This document shows, piece after piece, positions 39,304-50,746 of a stretch of 56,491 nt of DNA. The translations under genes and the position numbers were made by a program. The DNA comes from Octopus bimaculoides (Eukaryota). How positions within the stretch are numbered: the first letter of the stretch is position 1; every line of letters begins with the position of its first letter. Where the stretch lies: contig NC_069000.1 of assembly GCF_001194135.2 (NCBI RefSeq), positions 4,867,269-4,923,759 on the forward strand, given 5' to 3'. The notes beneath the pieces were generated by a model. That model searched no databases and was not told where the DNA came from. It saw nothing but the letters and a program-made list of their open reading frames with translations.

Positions 39304-39846
39304 ATATACATACATATATATATATATATATAAAAATATAAATATGTATATATATGTGTGTTTATGTATGTATGCGTGCGTGTATGTATGCATTAATGCT
39401 CAAAGATTATAAGAATGGCGTCTTTCTTCGTATTTTTTTTGTCTCAACAATAAACAGTTTCGTTTGTCCCTAAGAATATATTGACATGTAAAACTTAAAT
39501 GTTTTTTTTTTTTTAAGAAGCGCACTAAAAGATAATCCTGTGTTGCAGAATTTTTCGATTTAAACGGAAATGGTATTATTTTATTAATGGTCCATCTTCA
39601 TCTTAGAAATCCAAAACCAACAAAAATGTCTTTAAAACGGCGAATTCTATCATAAGCCTAATTTCAATCAATCAATTCATTTGTTTTTGCAAGTTTTCAT
39701 TTCGTTTAGAGATAAGCAGCTTAAGCCAAAAGATGCGTCAGATTACATACAATGTTGTTGTTGGTGTTTTTGTTCTGGTTATTGGTCTTGTTGCTGATGT
39801 TCTTGCTGTTGTTGTTGTTGTTTTTGTTGCTCTTCTTCTTCTTCTG

Positions 39847-39896
<50 letters not shown>

Positions 39897-39906
39897 NNNN
39901 NNNNNN

Positions 39907-39950
39907 ATTTGTACAAGTTGGATCCAAGTCTCACCCAGAGACCTCAAGAG

Positions 39951-39951
<1 letters not shown>
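39907..39951 (-). mobile_element. Probable LINE 3'-UTR stub between two (TAA)n tracts
   Basis: About 45 nt of unique sequence (reverse TCTCTTGAGGTCTCTGGGTGAGACTTGGATCCAACTTGTACAAAT) with sense-strand (TAA)n on both sides and a 10-N gap at the 3' side. It resembles Dong-type 3' UTRs as I recall them; unverified. Confidence 0.45.
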
Positions 39952-39997
<46 letters not shown>

Positions 39998-40365
39998 CAC
40001 CATCTTCTTTCAATTGTTTCCATTTCTTGCCGAGTGTTGCCCTGACACCTAGGGCAGACCAACTCACTGTATACATTTGAAGGCTATTGTAGTAAACACA
40101 CCAGATTGTTCATGTGATAGAGAAATAAGGAAAGAAAGACAGAGAGAAAAAAATGAATTTAAAAGAAGTTAACAAAGAAAATTAGGGCGAACAAGGCAAA
40201 GACAATTCACAACGAAAATGATCTTCTCAATACGTGTGACGGACAAGTTAAGACAAACTTTTGCACATTCTGCATGGATGATAAACCAGTGACCATCCCC
40301 AAATAATTTTCAGTTCCAAGTGCTCCTACAATCACTGGTACTGTAACCGCCTTGAGATGCTGCAG
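39998..40365 (-). mobile_element. R4/Dong 3' end (ORF terminus + 3' UTR + (TAA)n tail)
   Basis: Reverse 40365-40207 reads LQHLKAVTVPVIVGALGTENYLGMVTGLSSMQNVQKFVLTCPSHVLRRSFSL*. About 200 nt of UTR follows, then (TAA)n at 39952-39997. Confidence 0.8.
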
Positions 40366-41091
40366 AAGACGGAGAGAGAGGGAGATAGAGAGAGAGAAAG
40401 AAATAGACAGACTCAGATATTGTACATTTATGTGTATATGTGTACATGTATTTTATCATATGTATAAATATAGATAGATGGATGGATGGATATCAACCTA
40501 GGTGAATAGATGGATAGATATGAATGGAAGGGAGCGGGAAATGGTGTTGAAATTTTTTGTTATTGAATGATATCTGAACAATATAAATAGCAAACATGAA
40601 ATGACTCCCGTAACGTGCTAAAATCGAATTTCTATTAAATTTTATTTGAACGGAAATCGGTAAATGTAAAGCTGATACGATATTCTGGAACGTTCTTTTA
40701 ATGAATAAAAATACCTTTAATCTTTCTATCAAGGAATTGAATGCAGCATGAAATTGCAGGTATTGACCATGGCATTATAAGTGTATTTGTATGGATTAAA
40801 TTAAAGTCTGAATTAATACTATCAACCAAGTGGCGCTAGAGTGTCTTTAGCCGGATGTATATCATCTCAAATACTTCTCTTAAGTTTCCGGACTTAAAAT
40901 AATACCCTCGCTTCCTGCCATCAATGTGGGAACTCCTTAACCGAACCATGAGCGCTGCATTTTGTTTTCTTATCGAACTATACACGAATGTCCATTACTA
41001 TCGTTTGCCCTGCATTACATGGAACGTTGGTGATCAATATCTCGTTTCTTTTTTCTTATCGATCTTAAATGAGTGGAGCATATTATAGACT

Positions 41092-41190
41092 CGCAAATAT
41101 GGCTGCTTGGGTAAGGATTTTGCTTCGCTAACACGCCGTTTCAAGTTCACTTTCGCTGTGTTGTATCTTTGACAAATGTTTTCGATGATA
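41092..41190 (+). mobile_element. Highly degenerate SINE family B head
   Basis: CGCAAATATGGCTGCTTGGGTAAGGATTTTGCTTCGCTAACACGCCGTTTCAAGTTCACT parallels the family B 5' half. Confidence 0.45.
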
Positions 41191-41266
41191 ACAATGCTTT
41201 GCCAGTGAATATACTAGAGGAAAACTGCAGAACCTCGTCGCGATTGTCCACTCTATCTATCAATCA

Positions 41267-41317
<51 letters not shown>

Positions 41318-42068
41318 CATCCATCTATCCATGTATCTCTCTATCCTCCCTATTTCTCTGTCTAAGAAACAATCCATCTCTATGCATCTACACACAAACA
41401 CATCCCTCCCTATCCACACGCCAGTATTTACATATTTGCATGCGTATGTGTACGCATGTAATGTGTACGCATGTAATGTGTGCGCTCACATTTTACCATC
41501 TCATTGTTTGGAAACTGGCGTTGTTATAATTGCAATTCTATCAATTAGCGGTGGTGGAAGAATGTCCCAAACACCCAAGATAAAGCTGTTGATGTATCAA
41601 GCTTACCACCCATGCAGAGGATTGGTCCTTACCATGCGTTCCCAGTTAATTCTAGTCGTCGAAATTCCACTTACAACGCTATGGAACAGCACTTGTTATG
41701 CTTAGGTACTTTCTGAGAGCAAGCTGCTATACCAGAGTGGGCCCTGTTGGGGGCAGACAAGGGAAAACTGGTTATAGTGTTAAACAAAACGAAAGATAAG
41801 ACAGCACAACTACACTTTTATAATTCTGTAGCCAGTCTGTTTGAATTTCGTGCTGTATTTCATTCCTCTGTGGAAGGATTGAAGTTGTTTTAGTTTATTA
41901 AAGAAGGCTGTTGTGTTTCGGAATGTTGTATACTGAATATTATTTATCGATTTTCTCTCAAAAAAGTTAATGTAAAAACGATTATTATGTTTTATGAAGC
42001 AAGTTCCTTTTTGTAATATTTACATTGCTAACATTTCTGAATTGCCAAAATTCCAACCACACTCTTAC

Positions 42069-42106
42069 CTGCCCACCGTCTCTCCTCTTTCGCTGAGGAT
42101 TCAAGC
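42069..42106 (-). CDS. Candidate 38-nt exon of an unidentified gene (coding status unknown)
   Basis: Reverse strand reads AATATTTTATTTTAG|GCTTGAATCC...GGTGGGCAG|GTAAGAGT, with near-consensus acceptor and donor around a GC-richer island. Two frames are open (LNPQRKRRDGGQ or LESSAKEERRWA). No homology recognised. Confidence 0.25.
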
Positions 42107-42778
42107 CTAAAATAAAATATTGGTAAACCGTAAGTTTTAACCACTCAGCAGTGCATGAACAACACTTACTGGATATTATTAACTTAGCATGTGTGTACGC
42201 TTATGTGTGCACATTATAAATAAATAAATAAATAAATAAATATATATNNNNNNNNNNNNNNNNNNNNNNNNNNNNNNNNNNNNNNNNNNNNNNNNNNNNN
42301 NNNNNNNNNNNNNNNNNNNNNNNNNNNNNNNNNNNNNNNNNNNNNNNNNNNNNNNNNNNNNNNNNNNNNNNNNNNNNNNNNNNNNNNNNNNNNNNNNNNN
42401 NNNNNNNNNNNNNNNNNNNNNNNNNNNNNNNNNNNNNNNNNNNNNNNNNNNNNNNNNNNNNNNNNNNNNNNNNNNNNNNNNNNNNNNNNNNNNNNNNNNN
42501 NNNNNNNNNNNNNNNNNNNNNNNNNNNNNNNNNNNNNNNNNNNNNNNNNNNNNNNNNNNNNNNNNNNNNNNNNNNNNNNNNNNNNNNNNNNNNNNNNNNN
42601 NNNNNNNNNNNNNNNNNNNNNNNNNNNNNNNNNNNNNNNNNNNNNNNNNNNNNNNNNNNNNNNNNNNNNNNNNNNNNNNNNNNNNNNNNNNNNNNNNNNN
42701 NNNNNNNNNNNNNNNNNNNNNNNNNNNNNNNNNNNNNNNNNNNNNNNNNNNNNNNNNNNNNNNNNNNNNNNNNNNNNN

Positions 42779-43178
42779 CGATGGACCTGAAGGGTTTTTT
42801 TGTCAATCATGGCCTGGATCTCACTAACAAATTCAGGAGTTGTTGTATCAGAATGATCAGAGTGAGTTTTTCCAGCTACCGGATTTTTCTAATCACCATT
42901 AGACTCATCCCGCTCTGTCCGAATCCTGGGCACTCTCTTCAGACTGACACCTAAACACTCTGAAATTTTCTTATTGTAGCTTCCGGCACGAATGCTAAGC
43001 AGTACAGCAGATCGTTTAGAAATTTCTAGCAGAGTGGATTGCGTCATAGTGCTGTTTTTCTCACAGACGGTGCCCAACTAACCCTACTATACTGTGTAGT
43101 CAATAAAATCAAACACAAACAATGCGCATGCGTGAAATCAAAAATATAATATGGTGTCGATTTACCCATCACATCCTG
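42779..43178 (-). mobile_element. Tc1/mariner DNA transposon 5' end (TIR + N-terminal HTH region), running into a gap
   Basis: The reverse strand starts CAGGATGTGATGGGTAAAT (TIR-like). ATG at 43047 gives MTQSTLLEISKRSAVLLSIRAGSYNKKISECLGVSLKRVPRIRTERDESNGD*...THSDHSDTTTPEFVSEIQAMIDKK/PFRSI, containing an HTH and a TPExVxxIxxxIxxxPxxSI motif. One in-frame stop and one frameshift. Confidence 0.75.
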
Positions 43179-43880
43179 CATGTCGCTTCAGAAATGGATC
43201 GTAACCGCATCATAATGTCTTACTAGCAAGTTTTCTATCTCCAGTCCTACAACGTGGATCACTTCCAGCTAGCGAAAGTATTATGATTCATATTGGCTTC
43301 CTTCGTTTGACCTGTTTGAACTTCAACTGTCTGAGACATCTTCCTAATCTTCCAATTCCTATTGATTTCCATTGATTAATCACGAGCAAGCTATATTTTA
43401 GTGTAAATATGATATGCTGCCATTTCATCCGTTACCGAAAATCGTATTATTGGTGAGAGTAAAATGAAACTGACCTCAGAAGGTAATCGAAGATATTTGT
43501 GAATAGATCGAGAATATAATACTTCATATGATATTATAATGTATTAAATTATATTTTAGTTCTGTTCTATCATTGTATAAAGTAGTATTTGATATTCACG
43601 TTATGTTATTATTTGTTGGTGTGGTGTTTAATTATTTCAGATTCTGGTATGTTGTTTCGCGTTTTAATATTACATTTATATTGTTTAATTTAATACTGCT
43701 TTTCTTTTAATATTGTTTTAGGTTTTATATTATGTCAAAACATTTAGATAAAGTTGGATGAAGTTGAAGATCAAATCCAGCACCCTACGTTTTCTCATTG
43801 AAAAATACAGCCATACGAAAGAAGCTGAATGTACTGTATTTGGAGTATACTATATTAGTTTTATCGTATATTCGACGACC

Positions 43881-44093
43881 AGGTGGCAGGGCAGATAGCA
43901 CGTTAGGCAAAGTGGTTAGCACCATTTTGCCAATTTTTACATCCACAGTTCAAATTCTGCCGAGGTCGACTTTGCATCATTTAACCAAATCGAAGTCGAT
44001 AAAATAAGTGCCAGTTAACTAATGAGGTAAAGGAAATCCACTTCCCTTCTCGTCAAAACCGCCTGGCCCTGTGGCAAAATTTTAAATCATATT
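43881..44093 (+). mobile_element. Degenerate SINE family A copy
   Basis: Reads AGTTCAAATTCTGCCGAGGTCGACTTTGC..GTCGATAAAATAAGTGCCAGTT..CTGGCCCTGTGGCAAAATTTTAAATC. Confidence 0.7.
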
Positions 44094-44101
44094 CTGTTAC
44101 A

Positions 44102-44166
<65 letters not shown>

Positions 44167-44796
44167 TATATATGTATGTATATACATATATACAAATACA
44201 TATATATACGTGTAAGCGCGTGCGTCTCTATCTGTGTGACTTGCCTTCTCTGTATGGCAGGAACAGCTGCACACAGCAACCGGACGTGCTACAAGCTTAT
44301 CAATAGACGTATATTTAATGAAATACCAAATTAATTAACTAATTAAATTAATAAGTAGCTTCCTTTCACCGTTACTAATCTACTCGGGCGATTATTGATA
44401 AAAACCATCTTAACTGAATCGTGATTCCTATTTAAGAGAACATCGTAGTTGTAACCACTCTGTGGGTTACAATAGACGTTGCCGCTGCTGTTGTTGACCA
44501 CAAGTCCGGCAATTACTAAACCGATCTATAATCGAAATCATGGAAGCCACGACCATTCATTTATTATGTCTCAAGTTGATGTGAATCTATTGTTACATTA
44601 TACAGTCCCAATATTCGATGGTTTCTATTGGTCGTAGAGTGTGTTGATTGACATTGTGACCACAGTTGAGTCTAATACTTCGGTTGTTTCGGAATAACGA
44701 TTTCTATTGTGTGAAAGTATTTAAGTGGTTTACAGTTTATATATGCACACAAGGGATGTGATAATTTCAGATGTATTATTAGTAAAGTATTATATA

Positions 44797-44995
44797 GGCG
44801 CAGGTGTGGCTGTGTGGTAAGAAAGCCTTGCGAGTGGATTTGGTAGACGGAAACTGAAAAAAGCCGTCGTATATTTTTCCGTTTCCGTCTGCCAAATCCA
44901 CATACAGACACATATAAATTCACACACACACATATATATATATATATCTGTTTACGTCCTCGTAAAATACCGGTTCGGCAAAACAGACCGATAAT
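44797..44995 (+). mobile_element. Rearranged SINE family B (internal deletion + inverted duplication)
   Basis: The head GGCGCAGGTGTGGCTGTGTGGTAAGA joins directly to AAGCCTTGCGAGTGGATTTGGTAGACGGAAAC. 44881-44901 is an inverted copy of 44834-44854. The family B tail CGGTTCGGCAAAACAGACCGAT follows. Confidence 0.8.
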
Positions 44996-46137
44996 CTTCA
45001 GTAGCACCAACACTCTACATTTTTGCTATACAGCCAGGTGATAGTTTTGAGTTAGTTGGCATGTGGAATTGACATTTGGATTGTTTTGTGCTTGAGGGTC
45101 ATCGAAATCTTGGAATCAGCAATGGAAACCCTTATCTTTTTCACGCTTGAACCCAGTATTACATCAATGATGCAACAGGTAGAGAAAAATATCTGTGTGT
45201 ATTTATGAGAGAGAACGAGAAAGATAGAGAGAGAAACAGATAGGGATAGAGAGGATGAAAGAGGAACATAAGTATTCGGTTGGTATTCATTGGACTGAAT
45301 GGAGTAACATTCAATCTGTTCCTTGATGAAAAAGACGATGCATCATCCCGTCTAGGAATTGAAGCTACGATTTTGTGATAATGAGCCTAACACCCTAACG
45401 AAATGCCTGATAGCCCTCTACTAACCTCATGCTTCTTGAGCCTTCACTGAATGACGTATTGTTAGCATGTCATCACATTCATCTTTCTACGAGCAGATCG
45501 TTACCATGCGTTTAGTTTCTCGAAGTCCCTGTATATCTGATACAGCTACGTAAAACAAAAACAAAAAAATGGTGCATAAGATATTTAAAATGTCGAAATA
45601 CAGGCGTACAGCAACATAAGTCACATCCTGTTAAGTCACTTTCCACTTCACTTGGCTTCTTGATTCTATAAAATATTAATGGAAAAATGCCCCTCAATCT
45701 CAGTCAATCTATCCAAATTAACGCCGGTGCCAGCGAACATATTCATAAGATTATCAATCGACAAACACCCCAAAAGCCAATACTGAGGGGAAACGTACAT
45801 AAATTTCCGTCAAAATATGTAGAAACCATTTATCAAAACGTATAAGTAAATAAATTACAAAAAAAAAAAAAACTTCGTGTTACGTCGTGCTTCAAGTTAA
45901 GTTACATATCCTGATATCAATTACATACGTAAGATGAGGTATGGCTGTATTTGATTAATTAGAAATGTAATGCTTAAGTAATTAATACACCGAATGAATA
46001 TATTAACAGCTCACCGTTAAATGATACGATCCCGTAATAAAACGTGCGTCTTAATATCTTAATAAAATGTTTGACCGATTATGTGTTATACGGATTTGTA
46101 TTGTTTTCTCACACTTCTTACATATATAGACACACGG

Positions 46138-46206
<69 letters not shown>

Positions 46207-46960
46207 TCTATCTATTTTTCTATCCATGCGAATATGCGAGTATATATACGCACACACACGCATATAGATGTATGTATAGTATATATATATCGTATATATA
46301 TAGACATTATATACGATATATATATATATATATTTATTTATTTATTTGATGAAATTTTGCTTTAATCGGTATAGAGTTTCAGAATTAATTGCAGATTTCA
46401 GGTTAACATCAATTATAACAAGGTCAAGATTTGTGGAGTTAATTGCAATTTCACCTGATATGGAATGTGACATAATTAATATATTATCTCACGCTAAACA
46501 ATTAACGATCCATACTGCATATTACCGAATAATACACATTTCATTCATTGTTACGTCTTCTAAATTATTTTTCGAAGCCTAAGGAAATCCTGATGAAGAA
46601 GAACTAAAGAATGGCATGATGTGGTCGGCAGGGTGAACGTAACGGAACGAGAAGAAGGTGCATTATCATTAATTCCTAGTTAAATTATTTTGTTTCTTTT
46701 CAGGTGTGTTTTTGATTGTTCTGTTGATCCACGAAAAAGGTTGCTTTGCGTGTTACCGCGATGTAACACGCAGACACACATACACACACACACATATATA
46801 TATGCATGCACATACAAACATGCACACACAAGAATAGATTTGGATTGAATGAATAATGATAGACATTTAAATTGATAATCGTTCTAATAAATGTTGTTGA
46901 GATGATGCACACTATTATTATTATTATTATTATTATTAGCAGCAATATTTAGCTGGCTAA

Positions 46961-47120
46961 GGCGGCGAGTTGGCACAATCGTTAGCGTGCCGGGCGAAAT
47001 GCTTAGTATTATTTCGTCCATCGTCACGTTCTGAGTTCAAATTCCGCCAAGGTCGACTTTGCCTTTCATCCTTTCGGGCTCGATTAATAAGTACCAGTTA
47101 CGCACTGGGGTCGATATAAT
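46961..47120 (+). mobile_element. SINE family A copy
   Basis: Reads GGCGGCGAGTTGGCACAATCGTTAGCGTGCCGGGCGAAATGCTTAG..GTTCTGAGTTCAAATTCCGCCAAGGTCGACTTTGCCTTTCATCCTTTCGGG..GCACTGGGGTCGATATAAT, with (TTA)n on both sides. Confidence 0.85.
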
Positions 47121-49375
47121 TACTGGCCTTATTATTATTATTACTAGTTTCAAAATTTGGCACATTGCTAGCAATTAAGTAATTGGACCAGCAATTAGGA
47201 GCTACGCATTAGGTAATATTTAATTGGTCACCTGAATCTTAGAGGATAAGAAAATATGAAACGGGTACGGTTGGAAAAATTAAATATATATGAGCTTAAT
47301 TTGGGACGTTTGGGTGGTAAACAACTTCCACAGCATCAACAGAAACAAAAATAACCACAATAGGGGTGGAAATTTAAAGTTTGTATATCCATCCTGTTTT
47401 ATCAGGGATGTATGGTTCCATTGTTCCATTCCTTGTGCATTGTTCCATTCCACTCCACCAAACAAACACCGTGAGAAGTGAACGTATCATAAGTGATTAA
47501 TAGGACTTATAGAAAAATAGGTTTAATTCCCAGATGCAAGTTGTCCTGAGCATGTTGGGTGGTCATTGGGAATGGCCGACTGATCGCCAATGTGTTTTAT
47601 CTCTAATCTATGATAATTCGCAACATTGTACACAATTGAACATAACGTGTTATCGCAGATCAGTGATAAGTGAATCAGTGATAGAACATGACAGACGTAT
47701 TCTTTTGTGTTTTTTCTTTTTGTTTTTCTTCCAAGCGAAGGGTATGATAGGGTTTCAGCGTGAGAATATCAAATAAGAAAACTGATTCGTTTTTGTTAAA
47801 CTAAAAATTATTTGCGTTTCGTGATAAAAATCAAAATGAAATTAAGGGAATACATGACAGATCCAAATGCAATGAAATTTATGAAAATAAAATAAATAAT
47901 TGTAATAACGTTGATAAATTGTAATTCAGGTTTTTGTTACAAAAAATAAAATTACGATAGGAATATTACAGAAATACAAATATTATAAAAATAGTTTTAA
48001 AAATATATTCCGTGTCGTGTTTATGGAATTTTGGTTTGAAAGAAATTTAAGAGTTTATGTGGATGTTGAAATTTATAAAATATAAATTGAAACTAAAATG
48101 TGTTATGGCAAACAATTCTGTGATAAAATAAGTTGAGTATTTGAAAAATATTATTAGATCAGGGAAATTGAAATCTTGTAAGGGTGATAAAACGTGAAGT
48201 GCTTTTGTGGTTATACGACATGTACGAAATATTCAGCAATCATACACGCTGCCGATTTAATAAAAAGAACCATGTGTTGAAAGGTATAGATGTATTCATA
48301 TGAACTGAATTATAAACTGGGTAGCGTACTCGACAGGGTCACGTTTCGACTTGCTAGAAATAGCAACTGATTGTCTTTGAAAATCTGCTTTGAAAAAGAA
48401 TTTAGGAACAAGTTCAGAAATTTTTTAGAAGTTTTTTCGATACCAGTAACACTAATGGGGAGCTTTTCCACTCACGAACATGCGATCATGATATCTATTC
48501 CTAAATAGATACGAAGACAATAACGAATATCGTCGCTTTGTACAAACACTCATGCACACACACACACATACACACACACACACACACACACATACACAGC
48601 TTGCGGTTATGTGGAAGACCTCAGTGCTAATTCATCTTTTGTTTAAGCCTGGTACCACCTATTGCATCAACGTTGGAATAAAATTAATAGTTTCATTAGA
48701 TTCGGATTAAAGTAGAGCTAAATGAAAACAACAGCAACAGCAATACCAGCAACAGCAGCAGCAGCAACAATAACCTGTTTGCTACGTTCAATTCTGGGGA
48801 CTGAACAAAAGTCAAAACATCATTGTGTTCAAACCAGATTTCTGCGCTAATGTAGTAACAAATTTGGAAAAAATCTGCTTAATATGAAGAGATAACATAA
48901 TTTATTCAATAGAAACAGTCAAAATGTTATCTATAGCTGCTCAATACCAAACACGCCGTGCAAAATATGAAAAATGAAAGGCACAATGAATAATATATAC
49001 ACATATACGTATGTATGTATATATATATATATATATATATAAATATGTGTGTATGTGTGTACGTGTGGGGGGAGGGTGTCCTGAAGAAAGATCGATGTGA
49101 ACATGCTGGAATATCATTCATCATTGTGTACTAGATAACAATTGAAGTGAGGTTAAAGGAAAACAACAACAACAACGGTAATCTGCATCCTAAATTGGAT
49201 GTTTGTAACAGAAGCAAGAAGAAGGGAGTGTAAAGAAACCTGATAGTGTCCAGATTGAATGCAGTAAAAATGTGGCAACAAAGTTGCTTTGTAGCAATAT
49301 CTCCATAATTCAATCAAGGGAAACAACGACAGTATTGCCAACAAGAGCTAAGAGTTGGAACACACATTCAAACTA

Positions 49376-49424
<49 letters not shown>

Positions 49425-49732
49425 TATATACATGCACAAAATGTCTGTGAGAAAAGTTGTGTGTTCCACAGCTGGATTACTGTTCATTATAAGTTTTACT
49501 GGAATAAAACTGAACGACGTTTAAATGATAACAACGCTATCAAGAAACGGTTTACTAAATGGGATTTTCAGGATTTTGTCAATAACACGTGAAAGAAAAG
49601 AAAAATCATCCTGTTAAACCCACCTTTGAGACTAAATGGAACAAATGCTATAATGAATAACGTCTACGTTTTGTAACATAGACGGTCCCCAATAAAATGC
49701 AGGATAATTAACACGGAAAAATGACATTCGTC

Positions 49733-49770
49733 TACCGTAATTTCCGGACTATGAACGGCACTGCCCATAG
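49733..49770 (+). mobile_element. Possible orphan DNA-transposon terminus (TA + CCGTAATTTCCGGACTAT)
   Basis: Resembles TA-flanked Tc1/pogo-type terminal repeats; no matching inverted end was found in the window. Confidence 0.25.
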
Positions 49771-50658
49771 GCCCGCAATCTCAAAAACTACGAATTAATC
49801 TACGCAATACCCTATAGGGATACAATAGATACACAAGAAAATATGGGGAATCAGTTGATCAATTGGTTACAAACCAAATGAGAACAGAAAACAGTCCGAA
49901 AATATCCTCAGGATCCGATATTATCAACTGCGTAAGATCCATTTTTGTCCATTTAGGAACATAGAACATCCTGTTTATTTGATGGGGTTTTACTGTGGCT
50001 ATATAACTGATCTTTCCAGCACAAACCAGAGACCTCATAGAGGCTGTATACTAGTCCCTCACGTTAAGTAATCTGGACGGTCACAACACTGAGAAAAGTT
50101 CCTGTTGTTGCCAGACAAGTGTATTCTATTCATTGTCATAGTGATTCTCTCGTCTTTCTAGTTCTATAGTCATTGGTGCTTTATGCAGATCGGAAAAATA
50201 AAGAATTAAAAAGAAAAGCTATTTTAAAACAAAACACGAGCCATTCGGAATAATAAGGGAAAAATATCGAAAAATAGCTTCGAAGAAATTTGACTCGAAT
50301 TTACAAAGACAAGCTTTGGAAATATTCATGAATAGTGACTCACGCAAGGGGCAATATGCTAATCAGTGATACTAAGGAAAGACCCAACGTTAATACGATG
50401 TTGAAAGATTTATATGTATATGTATAAATATATATACATAGATAGAGAGAGGGAAAGAGAGAGAGATGGATGAATAAATAATAGCTAATTGTTGTGAGTA
50501 TACACACACACGCACACACACACACATATATATTTGCATATATATGTGTGTGCGTGTATTCATATATACACTTGTATACAAACATATTTATTCACGTGTA
50601 CATTTATTTACATATGTATTTATCTATCGGTCTCTCTGTCTATCAATATATCTATCGT

Positions 50659-50746
<88 letters not shown>

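Noticed and set aside
46707-46730. TTTTGATTGTT matches the 5' end of miR-315 and follows a strong acceptor TTTCTTTTCAG
   Set aside because: It diverges after 11 nt, there is no hairpin, and no convincing donor or recognisable peptide follows.
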